DNA of 64,000 bases, taken from Candidatus Falkowbacteria bacterium HGW-Falkowbacteria-1 (GTDB lineage Bacteria > Patescibacteriota > Patescibacteriia > Patescibacteriales > UBA12465). The notes under the pieces were generated by a model. That model saw only the letters and a program-made list of their open reading frames with translations. It ran no database searches and was not told the origin of the DNA. How positions within the stretch are numbered: position 1 is the first letter of the stretch; the number at the start of each line of letters is the position of its first letter. The stretch covers positions 74,707 to 138,706 of the forward strand of contig PHAI01000002.1 of NCBI GenBank assembly GCA_002840305.1, read 5' to 3'. Shown here one piece after another: positions 44,596-52,844 of this stretch. Both the position numbers and the translations under genes were made by a program.

Positions 44596-44949
44596 TTAGT
44601 TTAAAACTTTTTCTTCTTTTTTCTCTATGCTTTCAATCTCTAGTCCTTCTTTTAGAATTTTATAAAGTTTTGACAAGACCTCTTCTCTCTCCTCTTTTGA
44701 AAAAGATTTTTCACTTTTTCTAATAAGAGTGGACAAAAAAATAATTACTTGCTCTGACAGTTCTACGAAGTCAGGATATTCTTCAAAAAGACCAATCAAA
44801 TTATTTATTTCATCAACATTGATTTTATTGTCAGGAGTAAAAATACCAAAGTCACTATGTTTATTTAAGCGGTCTTTAATAGCTGAAGCGACAACGTTTT
44901 CTAAATTCTGAATATTTTTAACTGTTTTTAAACTTTCAAAGCTGTTCAT
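44596..44949 (-). CDS. Small acidic protein, hypothetical; tightly coupled to the helicase
   Basis: The 117-aa protein has its stop 4 nt upstream of the helicase ATG. No family is recognised. Confidence 0.5.
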   Translation of the reverse strand: MNSFESLKTVKNIQNLENVVASAIKDRLNKHSDFGIFTPDNKINVDEINNLIGLFEEYPDFVELSEQVIIFLSTLIRKSEKSFSKEEREEVLSKLYKILKEGLEIESIEKKEEKVLN

Positions 44950-45006
44950 AATTTTAAAATAATGTATTATAATAAAAGAATCTTATACATCAATTATAAC
45001 AAACAA

Positions 45007-45666
45007 ATGGATTTAAAAAAAGAACAAGAACTTTTTTCCTGTGGTTATAAACTAATTGGGGCAATTGACGAAGTGGGACGAGGACCCCTGGCCGGACCAG
45101 TTGTTAGCGCTTGTGTAATTATTGATAATACTTTTAAAATAAGCCCTGAGCTAGAAGCTATAAGAGACTCCAAAAAATTAAGCCCCAAAAAAAGACAAGA
45201 ACTATTCCCCATAATCAAAAATAGCGTCAAGGCCGTCGCTATTGGAATTTGTGACAACAAAATTATAGACAAAATAAATATTTTACAAGCTACTTTTTTA
45301 TCAATGAGAAAAGCTTTAAATACTATTGATTTAAAACCAGATATAATTTTAGTGGATGGTAAATTTCCGATACCAAAGATAGATATAAAACAAGAAGCTA
45401 TTATTTCTGGAGATAATATAATTTTTAGTATTGCCATGGCTTCAATTATTGCTAAGGTAAGCCGTGATTTTATGATGGAGGAAATGGATAAAAAATATCC
45501 AGAATATTTTTTTGCTAAACACAAAGGTTACGGCACCAAGCTTCACATGGAAATGATAGAAAAATTTGGACCATGTCCAATCCATCGCTTTAGCTTTGCA
45601 CCGCTTTCTCAACCCTCTTCAAAGTCTTCTCCTTACCTAAAACATAGGCCAATTCAAAAGGACTAG
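45007..45666 (+). CDS. rnhB: Ribonuclease HII
   Basis: The motifs GAIDEVGRGPLAGPVV (DEDD site) and SIAMASIIAKVSRD are present. The ATG at 45007 (MDLKKEQ...) is preferred over 44962. The 3' end overlaps the gltX 3' end. Confidence 0.88.
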   Translation: MDLKKEQELFSCGYKLIGAIDEVGRGPLAGPVVSACVIIDNTFKISPELEAIRDSKKLSPKKRQELFPIIKNSVKAVAIGICDNKIIDKINILQATFLSMRKALNTIDLKPDIILVDGKFPIPKIDIKQEAIISGDNIIFSIAMASIIAKVSRDFMMEEMDKKYPEYFFAKHKGYGTKLHMEMIEKFGPCPIHRFSFAPLSQPSSKSSPYLKHRPIQKD

Positions 45667-47044
45667 GACTATTTTTTTGCCCAGAAAGAGATACTCTAAG
45701 TGGCCACAAATAGTCACCATTTTTTTTATCACTTTCTTTCAAATAAGCAAAAACCAAATTCTCTAAACATTCCTTGGTCCAATCACTCTCTTTAACTTTA
45801 TCTAAAACACTATAAATTTCTAATAAATTTTTCTTAACATCTCCCAGGGTCAAACTTTTCCAAATCAATAGTTCAACATCATAAACAATATCATCCATAA
45901 ACAAATAATGAGTAAAGGAAGCAATGTCTTCCAATTTTTTTAGCCTTTCCTGGCTAATCTCTATTGTTTTATAAATATCTTCGTCTTTACTCTTTTCTGT
46001 TATTAGCCCCTCTTTTAGTAAATAAGGTTTGCAAAGATCACTTAATTCTTTGACATTTTTTTGTCTAATATAATGACCATTTAAATAATCTAATTTTTCT
46101 AAATCAAAAACAGCCGGGCTAACGCCCATTCCATCTAAAGAAAATTTTTCAATAATTTCTTTCATGCTCAAAATCTCTTGATCGTCCTTAGGGTGCCAAC
46201 CAAGAAATGCGCAGAAGTTAACAATAGCTTCTGGCAAATACCCTTTGTTACGATAATCTTCTACAAAGACATCGCCTTGTCTCTTGCTTAGCTTTCCACC
46301 CCCCTTGTTTAATATTAAGGGTAAATGAATATATTTTGGCATTTCCCAGCCAAAAGATTTATACAGTAGCGCGTTCTTGGGAAAACTAGCCAACCATTCA
46401 TCACCGCGAGTCACGTGACTTATCTCCATTAAATGATCATCGACTATATTGGCAAATTGATAAGTTGGAACACCATTTGATTTTATCAAAACGTGATCAT
46501 CTAAATCTTCAGATTTAAAAATAATTTTACCACGAAGTTCGTCATATACTTCAACGCAACAATTCATTGGAATTTTTTGACGAATAACAAATTTCTCACC
46601 GTTTTTTATTTTTTCTTCAATTTCTTCTTTACTCAAATCTCTACAATGCCTATCATATTTGGGAGCTTCTTTGTTTTCCTGCTGTTTTTGCCTCATATCA
46701 TCTAATCTTTCAGAGCTACAAAAACAATAATAAGCCTCACCTTTATCAAGCAATTCTTTTATATATTTTTGATAAATATCCAATCTTTCTGTTTGAGTAT
46801 AGGGGCCATAATTGCCACTAATATGAGGTCCTTCATCAAAATCAATACCAATCCAAGAAAAAATATTCAACAAGCTATCAACCGCCCCTTCAACTTCTCT
46901 TTTTTGATCAGTATCCTCAATTCTTAAAATAAAATCTCCGTCCATGCTTTTAGCTAAAAAATAACCAAATAAAGCCGAACGTAAATTACCAATATGTAAA
47001 AAACCGGTTGGAGAAGGGGCAAATCTTAATCTAACTTTATTCAT
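45590..47044 (-). CDS. gltX: Glutamyl-tRNA synthetase
   Basis: It shows RFAPSPTGFLHIGNLRSAL (HIGH motif) and KLSKR (KMSKS motif). The ATG at 47044 (MNKVRLRF...) is preferred over the longer track ORF. Confidence 0.9.
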   Translation of the reverse strand: MNKVRLRFAPSPTGFLHIGNLRSALFGYFLAKSMDGDFILRIEDTDQKREVEGAVDSLLNIFSWIGIDFDEGPHISGNYGPYTQTERLDIYQKYIKELLDKGEAYYCFCSSERLDDMRQKQQENKEAPKYDRHCRDLSKEEIEEKIKNGEKFVIRQKIPMNCCVEVYDELRGKIIFKSEDLDDHVLIKSNGVPTYQFANIVDDHLMEISHVTRGDEWLASFPKNALLYKSFGWEMPKYIHLPLILNKGGGKLSKRQGDVFVEDYRNKGYLPEAIVNFCAFLGWHPKDDQEILSMKEIIEKFSLDGMGVSPAVFDLEKLDYLNGHYIRQKNVKELSDLCKPYLLKEGLITEKSKDEDIYKTIEISQERLKKLEDIASFTHYLFMDDIVYDVELLIWKSLTLGDVKKNLLEIYSVLDKVKESDWTKECLENLVFAYLKESDKKNGDYLWPLRVSLSGQKNSPSPFELAYVLGKEKTLKRVEKAVQS

Positions 47045-47111
47045 ATTTTTATCTGTCACACCATGGTCACGTAAACACAAAATACTTTTACGTAAGCAAG
47101 GACGGAATTAT

Positions 47112-48425
47112 TTAATTATTTAAATATTCTTTAAACTTATCAAAAAATATCTGAGAAGCTGCTTGTCTTGAATGATAAACACTGCGCACAAACTCGCTAG
47201 CTTTAACCCATTTAAAATCAGAATGATCCCAAAAATTAATTTCAATATCAGTGTCTGCGCCGTGAAATTCAGCTAAAAGCAAACTCTGGCTCTGCCCCTT
47301 AAAACCGTAACGTCCTCTATGATTAGTCTTATATTTAAAAACATTTTTATATACTTTTCTAGGAGAAAAATTTCTAATACCTAGTTCTTCATATAGCTCC
47401 CTGCTCCCAGCCAATTTTATATTTTGATTATCAAGCCCTCCTTGCGGTATTTGCCAATGATCCTTTTCCTCACTTCTTTCCACTAAAAGTATCTGATAAT
47501 CATCCAAATTATTCATTTTTTTCTTATCCAAAGCAGTATACGGTAGTTCACTTTTTCTATAAAGCAAACAAGCTACGTTTTTTCTATAAAAAAAATGACT
47601 AAAAAAATTCCAATAAAAAAATTTTGTTAAAAATACAACAACGGCGTTAAACATTCTTTTATATCTCTTCGGTTGCTTAAACAATCTCCATAACCACTCT
47701 AAACCCAAAAAACGAAAGATTCTAGGAGCTCTTTTTATTTTGCCAGTTAAAAAATCAAAAGATCCTCCCAGGCCAATGGCCAATTTTAATGTTGGAATTT
47801 TATTTAAATTATGAAAAATAAATTTTTCTTGATAAGGAGCACCAAAATTACAAATCATAACATCAGCTTCAAAATCCAAGAGTTCATTTTTATTTAAGAA
47901 ATGAAAATTTTTATTTATTTTTTCTTTAATATTGTTTACAAATTTACTTACAAAATTTTCATCTTTCAAATCTTTAAATGATAAAAGATGTCGACGAGGA
48001 GGGACGATATATTTATGATCGGCGTCTTGAATAAAAAACTTCAAACTTGGGTAGTTATTATTTAAAAATATCTTTATATCACCAGCAGAAGAAAGACCAT
48101 CTTCCCTGTTTATTATCAAAACCTTCTTACCCCTTCTCTCTGCTAGGCACAATAGTTCGGGCAATATATCAGAACCACTAACTCTACTTAACCTCCTATT
48201 CATTAAAAAGGCGGCAATTTTTAAACCAAAACCATCTGCCAAAGATAAATTAGCTCTATTTAAAATATAAAATAACTCCTCGTCCTTTTGAGCTTGTAAA
48301 ATTATTTCTGGATTAGGAGTAACTATATAGTTTTGCTGATTAGAACTTAAAAAATCATCAAATTTATCAACAGCGCTCTCCATTTTCAAATCATTATCAA
48401 CATCTATACCTAAAATATTTAACAT
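47112..48425 (-). CDS. WecG/TagA/CpsF-family glycosyltransferase fused to a C-terminal Nudix hydrolase
   Basis: The TagA part reads ILGIDVDN...TPNPEI...GAPYQEKF...GLGGSFDFLTGKIKRAPRIFRFLGLEWLWRLFKQPKR. The Nudix box is GGLDNQNIKLAGSRELYEELGI. The ATG at 48425 is preferred. Confidence 0.8.
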   Translation of the reverse strand: MLNILGIDVDNDLKMESAVDKFDDFLSSNQQNYIVTPNPEIILQAQKDEELFYILNRANLSLADGFGLKIAAFLMNRRLSRVSGSDILPELLCLAERRGKKVLIINREDGLSSAGDIKIFLNNNYPSLKFFIQDADHKYIVPPRRHLLSFKDLKDENFVSKFVNNIKEKINKNFHFLNKNELLDFEADVMICNFGAPYQEKFIFHNLNKIPTLKLAIGLGGSFDFLTGKIKRAPRIFRFLGLEWLWRLFKQPKRYKRMFNAVVVFLTKFFYWNFFSHFFYRKNVACLLYRKSELPYTALDKKKMNNLDDYQILLVERSEEKDHWQIPQGGLDNQNIKLAGSRELYEELGIRNFSPRKVYKNVFKYKTNHRGRYGFKGQSQSLLLAEFHGADTDIEINFWDHSDFKWVKASEFVRSVYHSRQAASQIFFDKFKEYLNN

Positions 48426-48674
48426 ACACTTTAAAACAAATTTTTGCCTAAGTTTATAACCATAAAAACAAAACAAAAATAACAATATTATAAATTCATA
48501 CCTTATTATATATTATTTATAGCTTTTAGTAAACAAACACTACTTGACTAAATAGACAAAGCATTGTGGTGTATTGACAAAAGTTTTTATTTGTTATTAA
48601 ATGATACGATAACCTAAAGGTTGTTTTGTACATAAAAAACAGAAATTTTAAATTAAATATGGAGGACATCTGAC

Positions 48675-49886
48675 ATGAAAAAATCAAGAAATGCTGCGAA
48701 AATGGTCGGAAAAATATTTCTGCCCATGCTTATTGTTTTTGCTATTTTTTTGGCGATAATTTCTTGCCAAAAAGACGATTATTTAACACCAATTCCTGGA
48801 CCTAAAATTAATTTTAGTGTTCAAAATGAAGACGGAGAAAGCTCCATGAAAAGCGCCAAATCAACAATGGCACCAAATGGAACAAAAAGCGAAATTGCCG
48901 ATGGAACTATTTACAACATCTTCGGCACTGGAAAAACCGGACTTTGGAGCACTGAGCCTTTAACTGCCATCAACTGGCAAATAACAGGCCCAAACGGCTT
49001 AGACACGCTGATTAGTTCTCAAGAAGCCATAACTTTTAAATTTATGGAACTAGGAACTTATAACATTAGGGCGTTTCTTCCTGCCCCATATGGATTTGAG
49101 TGGAATATGACAGTAAATGTTTTAAGCTCCGAGGATGAATTAAATGTAGTAAATGTTCGCTTCGTTGGCTCTGAATGGGTTGATGGTATTGGAATGTTTA
49201 CCTATACCTTTAGAGTTAATAAACCGCTTTTTATAACTGGGACGGAAACACTTTTTCGCATCACCGAATTAAGCGACAGTATTAACGCTTTATATCTCCC
49301 GATTTTTGATGGGATAGAAATAACACCGGGAGGTGATTCTATAGATATTTCTTTTTCCTACCCACCTAGCGGTTTAGATTATTTTGACGTCAAATTCATC
49401 GGAGGGTACATAAACACTGGGGGGGACAGTATCTGGTTCAACGCCGAACCAACAAGTCCTTACAAATGTCAGGATCCAATCGATAATGATATCTTCGAAG
49501 CAACCATATTTAATGGCATAATCGGAGTAGCCGAAACAACATTTCCGATTCCGAGCGACATACAAGTAGGAATCGGCGATTATAACAATGACGTTCCCGT
49601 TGTCTTGCTAGCACTTCCTGTTAGCGGTGGCGTTGACTTGTATTTTTTATCTGAAGAAGCTGAAACATTCAGATATAGAGAAATAATAACAGACCCCTGG
49701 ACAGAAGTATCATTAGCCGATGTTGGCGGACAGCGATTTTACGCACATTTACCAGAAAATCCAGCCTCCGGAGAACATATTTTTGAATACGGAACCGGAA
49801 CTGGCATTACCTTTGTTCCCGATCCATACTTGATACAATCTTCCCTGTATTACGAACCATGGACATCCTTGGTGCTGGTACACTAA
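48675..49886 (+). CDS. Predicted lipoprotein, hypothetical (GC-rich, acidic, lysine-poor)
   Basis: The signal ends with a lipobox, FLAIISC, followed by QKDDY. A strong SD (GGAGGA) sits 7 nt upstream. Composition is unlike the neighbouring genes. Confidence 0.7.
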   Translation: MKKSRNAAKMVGKIFLPMLIVFAIFLAIISCQKDDYLTPIPGPKINFSVQNEDGESSMKSAKSTMAPNGTKSEIADGTIYNIFGTGKTGLWSTEPLTAINWQITGPNGLDTLISSQEAITFKFMELGTYNIRAFLPAPYGFEWNMTVNVLSSEDELNVVNVRFVGSEWVDGIGMFTYTFRVNKPLFITGTETLFRITELSDSINALYLPIFDGIEITPGGDSIDISFSYPPSGLDYFDVKFIGGYINTGGDSIWFNAEPTSPYKCQDPIDNDIFEATIFNGIIGVAETTFPIPSDIQVGIGDYNNDVPVVLLALPVSGGVDLYFLSEEAETFRYREIITDPWTEVSLADVGGQRFYAHLPENPASGEHIFEYGTGTGITFVPDPYLIQSSLYYEPWTSLVLVH

Positions 49887-49908
49887 AGATTGGAAAAAAT
49901 AAACAAAC

Positions 49909-49935
49909 ACCCTTCTTTCTTAGGAGGGTTTTTTA
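49909..49935 (+). terminator. Intrinsic terminator
   Basis: A 7-bp stem ACCCTTC/GGAGGGT (one G-U pair) with a 7-nt loop is followed by TTTTTTA. Confidence 0.7.
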
Positions 49936-50045
49936 TTTGCTAAAAAATAAAAAAATCTGTCTTTTTATAAATCTCAAAATTAGACATTTAAGCCACTATT
50001 TGCTAAAATTAAAGAAGTAATAAAATAAATAATCTAAAATAATTT

Positions 50046-51008
50046 ATGCCAAAATTTCTAAAAATTTCCAAAAAAATAACCAAGGTAACTATTGATAACC
50101 CGAAATTACCAAAAAAAATAGAATGGTATAATATTTTGGATCCAGAAAAAAAAGAAATTAGTTTTTTGAAAAAAGAATTTAATTTTGACGACAAACATCT
50201 TGAGGCTTCATTAGTAAAAATGACAGCTCAAAGACCAATGATTTATAATGGAAAAAATTACCTTTTTATAATCATGCACTTCCCTGTTTTAGAAAAAGGA
50301 CAAATAGTTCCCAGCGAGATAGAATTTTTTGTTGGCCATGGTTTTTTAGTAACTCTTCACGATAATAAAACCAAAGCACTAAAAGAATTTATTGAACAAT
50401 GTTCAGAGGATAAAATATTTCCTGAAAGCTATAAATACGAATCATCAGCCATACTTCTTTATGAAATTCTAGAAAAGTTAATTCAAGACTCTTACACCTT
50501 ATTAGATGAAAACAATATTGAAATTAGTAATGTAGAAAAAAATATTTTCGAAAACAAACAGAGCGAGATAACATCCCAATTATTAATCCTAAAAAGAAAT
50601 ATTATAAATATTAGAAGAATCATTCAGAACCACAAGAATATCATGAAAAAATTAACTGAGATGGAAAGCACTTTGGTTCCTCAAGAACAAATAAAAAATT
50701 ATTATGATAATTTAGCAGAACACAGCCAAAGAATTTGGGAATTTTCAGAAATACAAAAAGAAATAATAGAGTCCTTACACGATACTAGCGAATCAGTTAG
50801 TAGTTACAGAATAAACAATATCATGAAAACCTTAACTATAGTTTCGGTAATAATCATGCCTCTAAATTTATTTATCAACCTGTTCGGAATGAATTTCAAT
50901 CCTTCGCCACCAGAGGAAAACATCAAATTATTTATGAACATAATACTAATAAGCTCCCTCTCGGGCCTCCTTTTATTACTGTTCTTCAAAAAGAAAAAAT
51001 GGCTTTAG
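50046..51008 (+). CDS. corA: CorA-family Mg2+/Co2+ transporter
   Basis: Two C-terminal TM segments flank the GMN signature (LFGMNFNP). Length is 320 aa. Confidence 0.88.
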   Translation: MPKFLKISKKITKVTIDNPKLPKKIEWYNILDPEKKEISFLKKEFNFDDKHLEASLVKMTAQRPMIYNGKNYLFIIMHFPVLEKGQIVPSEIEFFVGHGFLVTLHDNKTKALKEFIEQCSEDKIFPESYKYESSAILLYEILEKLIQDSYTLLDENNIEISNVEKNIFENKQSEITSQLLILKRNIINIRRIIQNHKNIMKKLTEMESTLVPQEQIKNYYDNLAEHSQRIWEFSEIQKEIIESLHDTSESVSSYRINNIMKTLTIVSVIIMPLNLFINLFGMNFNPSPPEENIKLFMNIILISSLSGLLLLLFFKKKKWL

Positions 51009-51037
51009 GCCTATAAAGATTTTTATATAACAAAAAT

Positions 51038-51058
51038 GGCTCCAAAAGAGCCTTTTTT
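51038..51058 (+). terminator. Intrinsic terminator (short stem)
   Basis: The stem GGCTC-CAAAA-GAGCC is followed by TTTTTT. Confidence 0.55.
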
Positions 51059-51075
51059 GTTAGCTTTTGTGCATA

Positions 51076-51104
51076 TTGACATTTTTTTATAAATATGCTA
51101 TAAT
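51076..51104 (+). promoter_or_regulatory. Perfect consensus sigma70 promoter
   Basis: TTGACA-17 nt-TATAAT lies 20 nt upstream of the ATG at 51125. Confidence 0.7.
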
Positions 51105-51124
51105 TTGGAGTTAAATACAAATAT

Positions 51125-52222
51125 ATGAAGATATTTTTTATCGGACAGAAAGGAATACCGGCCTCTGGTGGCGGAGTTGAAAATCATGTTGAAAATTTGG
51201 CCTTAAATTTGGTCAAATCAGGACATGAAGTTTTTGCTTACACTAGATATAATTATAGCGATAAAAACGTAAAGGAATACAAAAATATACAACTTATTCC
51301 ACTACCGAGTATCCCTGGTAAAAATTTAGACGCCATAAGCCATACATTCTTAGCATGTCTTGATTTTATTTTTAAAAGAAAAGCTGATATAGTTCATTTT
51401 CATTCTATCGGACCGGCATCTTTGTCTTGGCTGATAAAAGTTTTCAGACCAAAAACAAAAATTATTTTTACTTTTCACAGCCAATGTTACTACAACACAA
51501 AGTGGGGTAAATTAGCCAAATTCTATCTAATGTTAGGAGAAAGAATCGGCTGCAAAATAGCTGACGAAGTAATTGTTGTTTCCAAAAATCTAAAGGAGTA
51601 CACTGAGAATAAATACAAAAGAAAAGTGAATTATATACCAAACGGAGCCAACCCAATAGAAATATTACCAAACGGTGAAATTACAAAAAAATGGAATCTA
51701 GAAAAAAACACCTACATCCTTTCTGTTTCTAGAGTAGTTAGAAATAAAGGATTGGAATATCTGATTGAAGCTTATAAACAAATTAAAACTGATAAAAAAT
51801 TAGTAATAGTTGGGGACGGAGATTTTTTAAATAAATTAAAAGAAAAAGCTAAAAATAACACAAATGTAATCTTTACCGGCAACCAAAATGGCAAAGTTTT
51901 GAATGAGCTTTTTTCTAATGCCGCACTCTTTGTTCAAGCATCAGAAGCCGAAGGATTGTCCATTGCCCTGCTCGAGGCTATGTCTGCTAAAATACCAATA
52001 ATAACAAGTGATATAGCAGCCAATAAGGAAGTTGTGGGCTCTGACGCCTTTCTATTTGAAAATAAAAATATAGACGATCTTAAAAACAAGATTAATATTG
52101 TTTTAAGTGAAGAAAACCGAGCTGGTATTGACAAAAATATTAAAAATAGTTATAATAAGGTGTTAAAGGATTATGACTGGGAGAACATAACAAAAGAAGT
52201 TCTCGATGTTTATTTTCCTTAA
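51125..52222 (+). CDS. Glycosyltransferase family 4 (GT-B)
   Basis: It shows the N-terminal GGVENHVENLA motif and the C-terminal EAEGLSIALLEAMSAKIPIITSD (E-x7-E). Confidence 0.85.
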   Translation: MKIFFIGQKGIPASGGGVENHVENLALNLVKSGHEVFAYTRYNYSDKNVKEYKNIQLIPLPSIPGKNLDAISHTFLACLDFIFKRKADIVHFHSIGPASLSWLIKVFRPKTKIIFTFHSQCYYNTKWGKLAKFYLMLGERIGCKIADEVIVVSKNLKEYTENKYKRKVNYIPNGANPIEILPNGEITKKWNLEKNTYILSVSRVVRNKGLEYLIEAYKQIKTDKKLVIVGDGDFLNKLKEKAKNNTNVIFTGNQNGKVLNELFSNAALFVQASEAEGLSIALLEAMSAKIPIITSDIAANKEVVGSDAFLFENKNIDDLKNKINIVLSEENRAGIDKNIKNSYNKVLKDYDWENITKEVLDVYFP

Positions 52223-52285
52223 TTAACCTTAAATAGGACATTAAAATTAAAATTATTTTAACTTAAATAAAAGGAGAACAGCGCG

Positions 52286-52774
52286 ATGAAAAAAATTATT
52301 TTTTTCTTGACATTTGCACTCCTGCTCACCTCGTGTGAAAAGGAATTTGTATTTGACGAAAAAGCACCTGGTGACAGTACTTATGACTGGCCAGGGTATC
52401 CAGTGCCAAGGCCAGTGGAAGAACTGGGAAGAACCGCTGCCAGTGGTTGGAGTAACGTGTATGACTACACCTTCAGAATGCATCTGGATGGAAGTCAAAG
52501 CGACCCAAATCCATTGACCATTGAAACTTTTGCCATACCGCACGTAGGACCTCATGGCGTGACTATATATACAAATGTCACAAATGACGCTACCTACACC
52601 ATTAGCAAAATTGAAAACGGATGGATATATTACACTATCCGATCCGAGGCTGGCAACACTTTGAAGTATAATCTAGCTAAAAAAACTGGTACTTCATCGT
52701 ATACGTGGTTTCTAAGATATGGTTTAACTACCGACGATGGCACTACTAACATGGTGACATTCGTCGCTAACTAA
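52286..52774 (+). CDS. Predicted small lipoprotein, hypothetical (GC-rich)
   Basis: The signal MKKIIFFLTFALLLTSC has a lipobox (LTSC) and is followed by EKEF. The SD AAGGAG is present. GC content is markedly higher than in neighbouring genes. Confidence 0.7.
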   Translation: MKKIIFFLTFALLLTSCEKEFVFDEKAPGDSTYDWPGYPVPRPVEELGRTAASGWSNVYDYTFRMHLDGSQSDPNPLTIETFAIPHVGPHGVTIYTNVTNDATYTISKIENGWIYYTIRSEAGNTLKYNLAKKTGTSSYTWFLRYGLTTDDGTTNMVTFVAN

Positions 52775-52799
52775 GGTGACATAACCGTCAAAAACACAA

Positions 52800-52827
52800 A
52801 AGGGATCTTAACAATCCCTTTTTTTAT
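52800..52827. terminator. Bidirectional intrinsic terminator between convergent genes
   Basis: The stem AAGGGAT/ATCCCTT with a 7-nt loop has an A-rich stretch upstream and a T-run downstream. Confidence 0.75.
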
Positions 52828-52844
52828 TTTATTTAACTAAATCT

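Noticed and set aside
52253-52555. 100-aa minus-strand ORF and 67-aa plus-strand ORF overlapping the small lipoprotein gene
   Set aside because: The 52286..52774 frame has a Shine-Dalgarno sequence, a signal peptide with a lipobox, and a terminator. The others are side effects of locally high GC content.
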